Below the pieces are notes generated by a model. That model worked only from the letters and a program-made list of their open reading frames with translations, had not been told where the DNA came from and searched no databases. From positions 1 through 47,086 of IMG/VR virus record IMGVR_UViG_3300017747_003232: a DNA stretch of 47,086 bases, one strand, 5' to 3'. This document shows, in pieces, positions 8,556 to 17,982 of this stretch. Origin of the DNA: a virus (taxonomy: Duplodnaviria > Caudoviricetes). The position numbers and the translations under genes were made by a program. Each line of letters starts with the position of its first letter. The stretch's first letter is position 1.

Positions 8556-11086
8556 GGCCGATCTTGACCACCCCCGATAGAAGTGGTTTCTAACGATAAA
8601 TAACGAATCTTGAAGTCTGCATGGAGCGGGATTGTGAAAACAACCCTACATCTCGGCCCGACTGGTTGACCCGTTCCCGTAACTGTAGCCCCCTCAATCC
8701 GGTCCTCGCGGTAGATATGCTCGTTGTCCGCGTCGATGGAGAGAGTGGTCGTCTGGTAGACCTCGCTTGGGTAGTAGGTGCGAACAATCGTGGCTTGCCT
8801 GCCGATCATGTCGTCAATCATCGCCTTGCACCGTCCGACATGGAACATGCCTCCGTCTTGGGAGTGGAGTTCGTAAGGCTCTAGGATGCACGAGATGTTC
8901 TCCCCGAGGTCGTGAATCGCGGATACGAGGTCGTAATCGTAAGCGATCAGAGTGGTAGACAGTAGCCCAATCCCGACAAATCTCAGTTCCTCGGTAGAGT
9001 TGTCAATCCACGTGAGCAAACAATCAAAAGGGATCGGAGGCGTGTCGGTCGTCCACATCCCTGCATCCATGTCCCAAACTAGGATTCGGTTGTTGGTTGT
9101 GGATTCTGAATAGGATAGGTAATACCGATCCTTCCAGACCACCCCACAGAGCCATTTCCTTCTGTCACCGGGGACTGACTGTAGTTTGTCGTCTACGACG
9201 CTTCGGGTGATGCTTTGGATGCTCCCCGCGTCGAGAACTCTCACCTGTCCTTCTTGATCCACGAAATAGACCGTCCCCTTGTCGGACGCAATAGACAAGG
9301 GGGCCGGGGTGCCAATATTTGCGATACGCCCAAGCTGGGAAAGCTGAGATGTTTCCTGCCCGCTCACGGCATAGATGTTCTTGTCGGTGAAGACGAAGAT
9401 CGTGGAGCTTCCCGCCGTGCTTGCGGCGATAGGGTGGATGGCCTGGACCGTTTCCCCCTCTAGGGAAAGATACGTCCCTGATTGCTCGGCTTGCCTTCCG
9501 TTCTCAAACCTCGGAACCAGAGTCGTTCGGAACGGCAGCTTGTACTCCGAGATTGCAAGGTTGTCGGTCTTTATCCCGCCCACGAGAAGGCGGTTGTTCG
9601 CCCAACATACTTCAGTGGAATCGGTGGGGATAGCCTTGTTGAATGCGCTCGGGATGTCTACGTCGGGGTAGATCACGTCATAGGTATCCGGCCCCGCTGT
9701 GGTCCATGCGAACAAGTCTTCTGCCGAAGGGTTGGTGTGCGTCCAACTCGCCCCTCCCCATGAAGTCAATGCTTGACTGTAGTGGTAGCGATACCTCGTG
9801 CTTCCCGTCTCCTTGACGTAGAAGTTGACCCGGTTCACGCCCTTGTCTCTTTCCGTATCCGACACGCCCACTACAGGGGCCGAGAAGACTGCGTTGATGA
9901 CTGGGGAACGGGGGAGGCGGACATCGCTTAATACCGGCCCGCCGACATCCTTCACCCTCACTGTCTGATAGGTTGAGTAGACGACGCCAGGGGATTCTGT
10001 TCCCGATCCCGAGTTGACGGAAGAAACTCCCAAAGAAGCGTCCGACTTCATCAACCCGCCGCCGTATCCTATGGCGATCATGAAGAAGTCCGCGATCTGG
10101 CTTGCACTCGGAGCCTCAGCCGTGTCCGCCGTCCACGTCAGCTTGAACGTCGTGATATTCGTCGTGCCGGCAATCGTCGGCAACTCAAACACCCAAATGA
10201 TGCGCTGAGAGTTGTCCAGAAAGACGGGGATGGGTCTTGTGTAAGATGCAGGGTTGAAGCCGTCCCACACGACCAAAGCGTTGCACTCAATCTTCAGCTT
10301 GTCCCACAGTTGACCGTAAGCCGTATCAACCCCAATCAAAAGCTGCCGGTTGAGCGCCGAGGTGGTGACGTTGGAGATGGTGCGCGTAATCGTCGCGGTA
10401 GAGCCGCTCGTGACGCCTGAAGTGATCGTAAGCCTTGCTTGGAGATCGGGGTCTGCGCCGTTGACTGTCCATGTTATCCCAGCACCCGTCGCGCTGAGGT
10501 CGCCGCCGACAATCGCTTGGATGTTAAGAAAGAACCCTGAAGGCACCTGAGAGACGTAAACCGTCTTGTCCTGAACCTTGGTCGGGGGTTCGATATCTTC
10601 AACGATAGAACATCCCGCAGAAGTGAACGCCCTTGCGTCGTCAACTCCATTCACTGCGATCAAGATGGACCCTACCCCGTCCTCAGTCCCGAACGTGCGG
10701 GGGACGACCGTAAACCTTACGGGTCGGTCGGTGTCCGTGAACCTCGTGTTCCCATACTTGCCAGAAGCCGCTGTGATCTCAGTCCATGAAATCAAATCTG
10801 TGGACTCGTAGATTCTGACTTCCGCAGAAACCATCGCCGCGACGATGACTGTGTAGCCGTTCCACAGGTTCCCCTCCCAGTGCCCCCTGTAGGACGCTGC
10901 GGAGACGATTGAACCGATGGTTGATGTTCCACCACGGCAGGTGAGCAAACCCTTCTCTATGCGAAGGTTGTCAAGTTGCGCCCACTCCGAAGGCCCGAGA
11001 GATGCCTGATCCATCGCAGAGTTGAGTGCGCGGACCGGGACCGACTTGGGGTCCAGGATGACAACCTCGTTCCTGATGGATTTCAT
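8552..11086 (-). CDS. Tail nozzle/tubular protein B-like (P22 gp10/T7 gp12 analogue)
   Basis: About 844 aa, beta-rich; LDNLRIEKGLLTCRGG start; NRLLVG, IGTPAPLSI, GTVYFVD and DRYYLSY propeller-like blades. ATG at 11086 overlaps the upstream stop (ATGA). Confidence 0.7.
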   Translation of the reverse strand: MKSIRNEVVILDPKSVPVRALNSAMDQASLGPSEWAQLDNLRIEKGLLTCRGGTSTIGSIVSAASYRGHWEGNLWNGYTVIVAAMVSAEVRIYESTDLISWTEITAASGKYGNTRFTDTDRPVRFTVVPRTFGTEDGVGSILIAVNGVDDARAFTSAGCSIVEDIEPPTKVQDKTVYVSQVPSGFFLNIQAIVGGDLSATGAGITWTVNGADPDLQARLTITSGVTSGSTATITRTISNVTTSALNRQLLIGVDTAYGQLWDKLKIECNALVVWDGFNPASYTRPIPVFLDNSQRIIWVFELPTIAGTTNITTFKLTWTADTAEAPSASQIADFFMIAIGYGGGLMKSDASLGVSSVNSGSGTESPGVVYSTYQTVRVKDVGGPVLSDVRLPRSPVINAVFSAPVVGVSDTERDKGVNRVNFYVKETGSTRYRYHYSQALTSWGGASWTHTNPSAEDLFAWTTAGPDTYDVIYPDVDIPSAFNKAIPTDSTEVCWANNRLLVGGIKTDNLAISEYKLPFRTTLVPRFENGRQAEQSGTYLSLEGETVQAIHPIAASTAGSSTIFVFTDKNIYAVSGQETSQLSQLGRIANIGTPAPLSIASDKGTVYFVDQEGQVRVLDAGSIQSITRSVVDDKLQSVPGDRRKWLCGVVWKDRYYLSYSESTTNNRILVWDMDAGMWTTDTPPIPFDCLLTWIDNSTEELRFVGIGLLSTTLIAYDYDLVSAIHDLGENISCILEPYELHSQDGGMFHVGRCKAMIDDMIGRQATIVRTYYPSEVYQTTTLSIDADNEHIYREDRIEGATVTGTGQPVGPRCRVVFTIPLHADFKIRYLSLETTSIGGGQDRP

Positions 11087-11748
11087 TGAGCCGCAGATAC
11101 CCTCCTGCTCTTGCATCGGAGGCGAGTGGAAGTGGCGTTAGCTTGTCGGCCCTTCAGATAATCCTCGTTGCGGTCGAACTCGTCCCTGAAAAGCCCCATG
11201 CGAAGCGGAAGGTCTTCCAATCCTCTGTCTTCAGCGTATCGCTGGCAGATAGCGTGGACGTAGACCATCGGGGAGAGAACGTCGTCTTGGATCGTTGACC
11301 CTGAGTTGAGGGTGTCGCAATCCAGATAGTGAATCCTCGCAATCGGATACCCGCCCGTGGTCGTTGTGTCAGGGGTTGGGAAGAATCCTATCTTGGACCC
11401 CGTTGAAGTTCCGACGAAGTAATACTCCCTCGGCTCCGCAGAAGCTCTCGCCCGCCAGTTGGGATTCACGATATCTAACGTTTCCGAGTTAGTCGCTACG
11501 AGCGCCTTTCGGTTGGACTGCGTAGCGGAACGGATGTATTCAATGGACGTAGCCCCGAGCATTGGAGCCGTGATTGCGTACTCCCTCGTGTCCGCCGTGA
11601 GCGAGATGTCTTGCGACGTGTTCCTCAGTCTCAACCTTCGCAGGATGTCGGGGCGGATCTCGTTGAGATAGGTCACGATGTCGTCCGTGCGAAGCATGGA
11701 GTAGACCCTTTGGACGCCGGTTACGATGTTGGTTACAGTGAAACTCAT
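11083..11748 (-). CDS. Head-tail adaptor/tail tubular protein A-like
   Basis: Helical ends; ISLTADTREYAI, EPREYY and KIGFFPTPD resemble podoviral adaptors; immediately upstream of the nozzle. Confidence 0.7.
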   Translation of the reverse strand: MSFTVTNIVTGVQRVYSMLRTDDIVTYLNEIRPDILRRLRLRNTSQDISLTADTREYAITAPMLGATSIEYIRSATQSNRKALVATNSETLDIVNPNWRARASAEPREYYFVGTSTGSKIGFFPTPDTTTTGGYPIARIHYLDCDTLNSGSTIQDDVLSPMVYVHAICQRYAEDRGLEDLPLRMGLFRDEFDRNEDYLKGRQANATSTRLRCKSRRVSAAQ

Positions 11749-12104
11749 TCGCTAGGTTCTCCCCATGTCGTAGGCTGAGCGGGCGGGAATGCTTTGTGGT
11801 GCGGATAGAACGGAGCCCCAACCCTTTTACCGTAGAACTCGGAGTGAGGATCGGTGATTGTCCGAAGCATGTGACCAGGGAACCATGCCCCCGATATTTC
11901 ACACACCGCTCCCGCTTCCCCGTCTTTGAACGTGAGCGGGTCGCACCACTTGAAGTTGCCCCGGTATCGGGTATCGGGAGCCGGTGGGAGTCCAGGGACC
12001 CGGAAGAACCAACGGAACATCAGCAACGTGGACCAAGGGCTAGACATCGGAGGGGTCAGGTTCCGCGTAGCCTGAAACGCGAAGGGGGACCAAGGATAGA
12101 TCAC
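11745..12104 (-). CDS. Hypothetical protein (Pro/Trp-rich, CEISG motif)
   Basis: GTG at 12104 overlaps the previous stop (GTGA); its stop overlaps the adaptor ATG. Confidence 0.55.
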   Translation of the reverse strand: MIYPWSPFAFQATRNLTPPMSSPWSTLLMFRWFFRVPGLPPAPDTRYRGNFKWCDPLTFKDGEAGAVCEISGAWFPGHMLRTITDPHSEFYGKRVGAPFYPHHKAFPPAQPTTWGEPSE

Positions 12105-12628
12105 GAGATTTCGCCCCTCGTTGCCGTCGTCCCGTCGTCGGTCGCTGTTCCCGTCACTTTGGCTGTGGTACCGTCCGTCTTGTAGAGCGTCATCGTGGCA
12201 CTCGTTGCGCCCGCTACTACGTCCATCGCGTGGAAGTTGAAGCCCCACATATCGGTTAGGTATTGCTCCAGCTTCTTAACCGACTGATCCCCGGCTTTCC
12301 CGGTGAACTCCGCGAGGTCGAGGGTCTTAATCTCTCCCGTAGCGTAAACAGCGTTGGCCGCGTTGGACGTGAGATTATAAGCAATTACCTTGGCCGTCAT
12401 GTCTGCCGCAGAAAGAGAAACATTAACGAACCCAGGAGTTCCAGAAACCTCCGCGATGGACCCGCCCACAGATACCCCAAATGCTGCCCCATCCTTGGAG
12501 ATGTTGATAGCCAATGTTCCAAGTCCACCAGTGAGAGGGTTGGCCGTAACTGAGGACTTGATGCAGTCGGTGAAATCGAAAGCCTGCCCATACACTGGGA
12601 ATACGGTTGCGTTGTCGGGGAATGCCAT
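12101..12628 (-). CDS. Virion structural/appendage protein
   Basis: Beta-rich, ISKDGAAF...EV...G.VNVSLSAADM motif, Thr/Gly-rich C-terminus; RBS AGGAG. Confidence 0.55.
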   Translation of the reverse strand: MAFPDNATVFPVYGQAFDFTDCIKSSVTANPLTGGLGTLAINISKDGAAFGVSVGGSIAEVSGTPGFVNVSLSAADMTAKVIAYNLTSNAANAVYATGEIKTLDLAEFTGKAGDQSVKKLEQYLTDMWGFNFHAMDVVAGATSATMTLYKTDGTTAKVTGTATDDGTTATRGEIS

Positions 12629-13239
12629 TAGCTTGTTTTCTCTCCTAAACCTTTATTGCGGACCATGCCGAGATCGGGGATGCGTTTATGCTTGGAAGCC
12701 ATGATGGTAACTGGGGTGACGGTGCCCGCCGAATAGTGAATCCGAGCCCGCTCATAATCCACTCGCCGACCACCGTTAGGGGAACCGGCTGTGTTTGAAC
12801 CTTCCCTTATCAAGAATCCGAACGTAGCCGTCAGAACATCCGCTCCTGTCAGAGCTAGCCCCCAAGGGTCCGTGGATGATCCGAGCGTATCGTTCTGCAT
12901 CCCCGGCCCGGTGCAATCAAACTCTTTCTCTGCGCTTGCAGGGGTGGAGCCATCAAGGGTGACGTAGACCCCCATCGTGTTTCCAGGGGTAATGTGCGGG
13001 ATGCCAGTAGTCCCGTAGCACTCGAACTCAATCCCGTCGATGACATCAGTGGCGATCAAACCTTCAGCCGTGAAATCGTAATCCAGGCACTCTAGGTAGT
13101 CGCTCGTTGGGTCGGCGTGGAGATTCAGCCGGCCATCATTGGGGGACAGGACCCCATCTAGGAGCGTATCCCCGCCGATTAGGGCACTCCAGTTGGTGCC
13201 TGTGACGCTTTGGGCCTTTACCCACCCTGTTACTGGCAT
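12628..13239 (-). CDS. Virion structural protein (beta-sandwich-like)
   Basis: Acidic, G/T-rich, TLGSSTDPWG motif; TAATG coupling on both sides. Confidence 0.55.
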   Translation of the reverse strand: MPVTGWVKAQSVTGTNWSALIGGDTLLDGVLSPNDGRLNLHADPTSDYLECLDYDFTAEGLIATDVIDGIEFECYGTTGIPHITPGNTMGVYVTLDGSTPASAEKEFDCTGPGMQNDTLGSSTDPWGLALTGADVLTATFGFLIREGSNTAGSPNGGRRVDYERARIHYSAGTVTPVTIMASKHKRIPDLGMVRNKGLGEKTS

Positions 13240-13517
13240 TAGAGCGGCTTTGCGATGGCTTGGAAAGTATCGACTTCATACTTGTCCACTACGCCAGCGC
13301 CCTCCCATGAGTATTGCCACGTTCCCGCTTCGTCTACGTCCAGATCGTAATACCACTGGCCGTCGATGGGGTTCGTGAGGCTTGCATTCGTCAAAGTCGC
13401 CGTGTTCCCGCTCGGGTCCTTGTGCTTCAGGGTAACCGTGGTTGGGTCGGTCAAAGTCCCATCGAAGTCTCGGAACTCTGCGTTTAAGCGCACGGTGTCG
13501 GTTACATAGATTGGCAT
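13239..13517 (-). CDS. Small Ig-like virion protein (possible upstream in-frame start at 13655)
   Basis: DTVRLNAEFRD...DPTTVTL...GQWYYDL..EAGTWQYSW; GAGG RBS before ATG 13517. Confidence 0.6.
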   Translation of the reverse strand: MPIYVTDTVRLNAEFRDFDGTLTDPTTVTLKHKDPSGNTATLTNASLTNPIDGQWYYDLDVDEAGTWQYSWEGAGVVDKYEVDTFQAIAKPL

Positions 13518-13636
13518 TCGTACGACCTCTAGGGAAATCTGGATTCCTTGACTTGACTTAGTAGAGACGATTCGGGATTGGTCTATGGATGCAACTATAG
13601 ATTGCAACGATAAGGACAGCTTGGCGTTACAGGTGC

Positions 13637-14095
13637 TTAAAGTGATTCCGTCCATATCTTGATCCCCATTGTTTGGTTGCTGACTTGGACCGTGCCAACG
13701 CTCGGTAGCGCCTGACGAGGTACGCCTCTGCCCGTGAAAGTGATCGTGCCACTCGCTTGTAGTTGTGCATTGGATTGGATTTGAACCTGACCACCTAGCT
13801 CTATTCTACCGCGAGGGCGCATGATATGAGCCCTTGTTAGCGTCGTTGAACCTGCAAACTCTATGCTTCCCGTAGCCGCAAAGACCGCAACTGCGACCGC
13901 TCCCGCTCCACCGCTAAGTTCAATCGTTCCACTTGCAAGAATCGTGGCGACGGTGACCCCACCCGTGGCCGCAACGTAATCCCTTCGGTCCGCCCTGAGA
14001 AGGTCGTCAGGGTAAAGATACGAGCCGTAGATGGTTGGGGCGTTCGGCCTTAGCTTGTCATCAACCTGAAGCAGAGGATCGAACGTCAGCGCCAT
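13637..14095 (-). CDS. Virion fibre-like protein with about 20-aa beta repeats
   Basis: ASGTIELSG, ATGSIEFAG, PRGRIELGG and ASGTITFTG repeats. Confidence 0.55.
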   Translation of the reverse strand: MALTFDPLLQVDDKLRPNAPTIYGSYLYPDDLLRADRRDYVAATGGVTVATILASGTIELSGGAGAVAVAVFAATGSIEFAGSTTLTRAHIMRPRGRIELGGQVQIQSNAQLQASGTITFTGRGVPRQALPSVGTVQVSNQTMGIKIWTESL

Positions 14096-14097
14096 CG

Positions 14098-14580
14098 CTA
14101 ACTCGCAATCAGCGTATTCGCTGAGGTCCCGAACACGTCAGGAACGCCTGACTTGTAGAAAACGAGGTAGTTCGTGTCTGGATAGTAAGGGGTGTTGCAA
14201 AGGTACACCCCGGTCGTCGCATCGCTGACCGTCTGGTCTAGCTTCAGGTCGTCGGACGTGCGGAACAGCTTCACCGTGACGCCGCCGAGGATAGAACCGT
14301 ATTGGTCCCTCGTGACGCCCGTGACGCCGAACCGACTCGCCGCGCCCGCCGCAGGGTCGTAGAACCCCCACTGAACAGCGCGGTAGCAACATCCAACGTC
14401 TGTCCCCTGATCCCCGAGCAGATTCCCGCCGCCCGGCCACCATTCATTAGCAAACGATGGAGGTGCGATAGCCGAAACGCACTCGCGGAACAGCGCATCC
14501 CTCTGGAAGCGGGGTCCCATTGTGCGCCAATCGTCTTCTATCCCCCTGATCGTGTAAGCCCCGTTAATGAATCCGCTCAT
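14098..14580 (-). CDS. Virion protein with a carboxypeptidase-regulatory-like (Ig/prealbumin) domain
   Basis: VTGVTRDQYGSILGGVTVKLF...TVSDATTGVY matches the pattern of this fold. Confidence 0.55.
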   Translation of the reverse strand: MSGFINGAYTIRGIEDDWRTMGPRFQRDALFRECVSAIAPPSFANEWWPGGGNLLGDQGTDVGCCYRAVQWGFYDPAAGAASRFGVTGVTRDQYGSILGGVTVKLFRTSDDLKLDQTVSDATTGVYLCNTPYYPDTNYLVFYKSGVPDVFGTSANTLIAS

Positions 14581-14843
14581 CGTCTGTCACCTGCTGGAAT
14601 GGTTGGATAGATGGCATGGTTCTGAGGCGCTACCACGTCAAGGTGAGGCACGACCAGCCCCGCCCCGTGAGGCTCAAGGATGCTCGGCCTTCCAAGCCGG
14701 TGCGATACCGCATCTCTGGCTGAATCCAGCATCCCGAGCGCACACTTCACGTCCCCGATGTTCCCCTCAACGGAGAGTGCCCCGTTATCGTGGAGCGCCA
14801 GGGTGATCGTGGCAACGACTGAAGGAGCGAGGCTATTCATCAA
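14577..14843 (-). CDS. Hypothetical protein in the virion operon
   Basis: 88 aa; overlaps both neighbours. Confidence 0.5.
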   Translation of the reverse strand: MMNSLAPSVVATITLALHDNGALSVEGNIGDVKCALGMLDSARDAVSHRLGRPSILEPHGAGLVVPHLDVVAPQNHAIYPTIPAGDRR

Positions 14844-15261
14844 GTGCTACGTTGATGTCAGATGCCAGCGCCGTGGTGATGTTCCAGACGACAGCCGAAG
14901 ACGAAACGGGGATGACGAATCCACGGGGGAAAGTCCAGATAACTCCGACGCCAATCGTGGCCGCACTATTCCACCTTCGGGCAAAGACGAGCGGCACAGT
15001 GGGAGAGGTAGCCCAGGAAAGCGCCGTAGTTGTCACGCAGACGGGGGAACCGGGCTCATCCCTGATAGGAGTGGACGTGCCGCCTGGAGTGACGCCAATG
15101 GCCTGTGGGCGGCCAAAGCCGAGCGATTGCGCGGTACCCGTTGCCTGTACGATACTCAACTCCAAAAGAGTCGCCCGCACAGCGGCAGTTGTCCGAATCT
15201 CAAGACAAGCCTGAGTGATTGTGAGGTTGGTGGTTCTTACACCGATTGAGCCAATTGCCAT
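14833..15261 (-). CDS. Putative virion beta-sandwich protein
   Basis: Thr/Val-rich, GVIWTFPRG; lies in the contiguous structural operon. Confidence 0.55.
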   Translation of the reverse strand: MAIGSIGVRTTNLTITQACLEIRTTAAVRATLLELSIVQATGTAQSLGFGRPQAIGVTPGGTSTPIRDEPGSPVCVTTTALSWATSPTVPLVFARRWNSAATIGVGVIWTFPRGFVIPVSSSAVVWNITTALASDINVALDE

Positions 15262-15262
15262 G

Positions 15263-15676
15263 TTATGCTACCGTCCAGGTTAGATTGCCGATGGGGATTT
15301 CGGGCCGAATGTTCAGCCCTACCCCGATTGAAGATGTGAGCGCCGCCCTTGCGAGTAGCGTTCCAGTGCCCGAAAGGTCTGTCCCGAGCCCTACGTGGGT
15401 GATTGTCCCCGACCCACCGGTTCCGAGCGGGAACTGGATCAATCCAGCGTTCGCCCCCGTGTCACCCGTGATCGTGAACCCTGTGGTCCTTGAGACGGCT
15501 TGCCTTGCGTAAGAACCGTAGTTGGTTTCGCTTGATGCCTGGTTCCCTGTTTCGCCGGGGTCGCCAGTGTGGAGCGACAGATAGAAACTCCCCGCCGCCG
15601 CCCAAGAGGGAGCAGTGGAGTCAAGCAGATATCCGATGATATCATTCTCAAGAGTGTTTGTCGCGTCCTGTGCCAT
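15263..15676 (-). CDS. Minor tail/fibre-associated protein (LHTxDP family)
   Basis: YLSLHTGDPGETG...E..YGSYARQAV...IQFP...TITHVGL is a conserved phage tail-protein pattern. Confidence 0.7.
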   Translation of the reverse strand: MAQDATNTLENDIIGYLLDSTAPSWAAAGSFYLSLHTGDPGETGNQASSETNYGSYARQAVSRTTGFTITGDTGANAGLIQFPLGTGGSGTITHVGLGTDLSGTGTLLARAALTSSIGVGLNIRPEIPIGNLTWTVA

Positions 15677-15677
15677 G

Positions 15678-16907
15678 TTATTCCGTTGGGGCTAAGACCC
15701 GCTTCCTCCATTCCGTAAGGTTGACGAAATCGGCCTGTGCTTTCTTTCGGTAGCAATGGTCTATGACTTCTTTGAAGCTGGCCGTTTCGTATTCGATGTT
15801 CGCCGCCGCGCCCGCCACGACCTTGTGGAACAAGACAATGATCGAAGTTCCCGACCCGATAGCCGCGTCAATGTAAGCCTTGATCTGAGCTACAGACCAA
15901 GTGCGAATCGTGGAAACGCAAGGAACGTATCGGGCATTCGGGTAAGCGTCAACAAAACTGCATGACTCGGGGGCGGTTGAACTGGCTGCAGTCAGAACCC
16001 TAAACATCAATATGCCCGCCGCATCCGCCGCCGCCTTGTAGTTCGCCGACCACTCACCGTAAGGGGAGCAGAAGATCAAATGCTCGCTGTCGCGGGTGAA
16101 CCCGTTGTCCTTCAAGTAATCACGGGACGCCTCAATCTGCTCTTGGCAGGTTGCTTGGCTTGCGTCCTGAAGCCACCTGGAAGGGCTCCCCGATACCGCT
16201 GTGTGGTCCCGTGTGTGGCCGACCATTGACCACCCTGCCGCATGAAGGGTAGTCAGTTCAGCGAGGGTCATGAAGTTAGCCGCACCGACTGAGCCTGAGA
16301 TAACCCCGACCGAGCCAGGAATCCCACGAGCCGCCATGTATGGCATAGCCGTGTCGATTACTGAATCGTAACCATCGTCAAACATGATCGCAATCTGAGG
16401 GCGCGAGTAGCCCGCGTAGGCGAGGTTGTCAACGTAGATCGAAAGCGTCGTTGACGTGACGGCATCCACTTTGATGATAATGTCGTTCCAAGTGGTCGTA
16501 TCCCAAACCGGGGTGCCCGCCGCAACGGCAAACTTGTTCCGTCCCAAGCGGAACTCATTCCAGCCGGGACGCATGGCGATAATCGCGCCCCACTGGTGGG
16601 TGGTGGCGGCATCGCGGATTCGGATAAAGCCCGAATAGATCGTCGCGGGGTCGTTGGTGTCGGGAGCATCAAGGTAGATGCGAATGAATAGCCCTTTCTT
16701 TGTTGCCCAAACATTCCCTGCGGCATAGGCAAGGAAGAGGTTCTGCCCGCTCCCTGATGTGGCCTTGACCCTTGTGCCAATGGTGCCGTCAATGAGGGTG
16801 ATAGAACCCGTTGTTTGGCTTGCACCTGTTCCCGAAGCGGTCCAGCCAGCAGCGGCGGCTCCTGAGTTGATGAGAACATCAGCCGTGGCTCGGATCGGCC
16901 TACCCAT
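15678..16907 (-). CDS. CE4/NodB polysaccharide deacetylase with an N-terminal carbohydrate-binding-like domain
   Basis: MFDDG, GHTRDH, SPYG and VLFH motifs; N-terminal PGWNEF jelly-roll pattern; TAATG coupling at 16907. Confidence 0.8.
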   Translation of the reverse strand: MGRPIRATADVLINSGAAAAGWTASGTGASQTTGSITLIDGTIGTRVKATSGSGQNLFLAYAAGNVWATKKGLFIRIYLDAPDTNDPATIYSGFIRIRDAATTHQWGAIIAMRPGWNEFRLGRNKFAVAAGTPVWDTTTWNDIIIKVDAVTSTTLSIYVDNLAYAGYSRPQIAIMFDDGYDSVIDTAMPYMAARGIPGSVGVISGSVGAANFMTLAELTTLHAAGWSMVGHTRDHTAVSGSPSRWLQDASQATCQEQIEASRDYLKDNGFTRDSEHLIFCSPYGEWSANYKAAADAAGILMFRVLTAASSTAPESCSFVDAYPNARYVPCVSTIRTWSVAQIKAYIDAAIGSGTSIIVLFHKVVAGAAANIEYETASFKEVIDHCYRKKAQADFVNLTEWRKRVLAPTE

Positions 16908-17323
16908 TAGGCAACCGCCTGAGAGTATCCGAGGGCTTGGCAAGACGTAGCTGTAGCAAAGTCGATGTAGACCCCGAGAGCGTAGGGGACGTTCAACTCC
17001 AAGACCACCAGCCCTGATACTGGGAGCGGGATCGTGGTTGTCAGTTTGGTTCCCGCCGCCGAAGTGTTATCGTAGACTTCAGCCGTCGTCGCTCCACCAG
17101 AGCCATTGTAAAGCATCAATCGCTTGAGGACACCAACGCCAGTCAATGTTGCACCGTCAGCACCGCTTAGGAGCGTTCCAGCGGTGACCATCTCGGCAAC
17201 CTTGGTGACTTCGTTCGTCGCATCGACGCCAGGGCCGACGTTCCAGACATGCTGGATATGAGAGTTCGACTGGTCCTCTGCTTTCACGAGGTCAACGACT
17301 GGGTTGATATTCTTTGTTGCCAT
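16907..17323 (-). CDS. Virion structural protein
   Basis: GVLKRLML...EVYDNTSAAGT...GVYIDF; beta-rich. Confidence 0.55.
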   Translation of the reverse strand: MATKNINPVVDLVKAEDQSNSHIQHVWNVGPGVDATNEVTKVAEMVTAGTLLSGADGATLTGVGVLKRLMLYNGSGGATTAEVYDNTSAAGTKLTTTIPLPVSGLVVLELNVPYALGVYIDFATATSCQALGYSQAVA

Positions 17324-17412
17324 TGTTCTTTCTCTTTCAAATCTGGGGGCCGGGGATGAGTCCGGCCCGTTGCAGACAGCCCCCTCGCGACTGGAGGTTA
17401 CTGGGGGCTATC

Positions 17413-17982
17413 TTAGATGGGATGGTAGGTGATGTAGGCGTAACCCACAAGACCCGCCGCCGCTCCACCAGTTCTCGACGCAGTGATGTACTGCGAAGAT
17501 GTCAGTTTGAGCGCAGACTTCCCGTTTGTTCCCTGGTTTTCGATGTTGTCGAATACTCCGGCAGCGGTGCCGACATCCAACCCATCCATGACCGTATCAG
17601 CGGAAGTAGTGCCGTCTGCGGCAACTCCCACGTCAATCGTGCAAGCTCCGGTGGCCTTCGTTGTTACGTCAAACACAACTCGCGTTGCGATGATCGAACC
17701 ACCAGTGGGGTTTGCCCATGCCAGAACGCCACCCGCCGTATCCGCCGCCGCTAGGGCGACTCGCACGGTGACAGGGGTCTTCGTCACGGCAGATGCAGAC
17801 TGGACTCCAGCCTCCCAAACCACCGCATTGTTCACGTCCCGAAGGACTGGACTGCCGAGCGAGTTGAAACCCAACCCGGCCTTGTCCATATTGACCCCGC
17901 CAACTTGAGGGTTCTGTGCTCCATAGGTGATGCTCCAGCCCGGTGCCGAAGCGTTTGTTTCCGGTGCTGTGCGCATACCCAT
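17413..17982 (-). CDS. Capsid decoration/cement-like protein
   Basis: Directly after the major capsid gene; Ala/Gly/Thr-rich, TIDVGV..DG motif; GGAGG RBS. Confidence 0.55.
   Translation of the reverse strand: MGMRTAPETNASAPGWSITYGAQNPQVGGVNMDKAGLGFNSLGSPVLRDVNNAVVWEAGVQSASAVTKTPVTVRVALAAADTAGGVLAWANPTGGSIIATRVVFDVTTKATGACTIDVGVAADGTTSADTVMDGLDVGTAAGVFDNIENQGTNGKSALKLTSSQYITASRTGGAAAGLVGYAYITYHPI

Noticed and set aside
17347-17409. Two GC-rich hairpins after the capsid-decoration gene as a terminator
   Set aside because: There is no U-tract on the coding strand; at most these are mRNA-stabilising stems.
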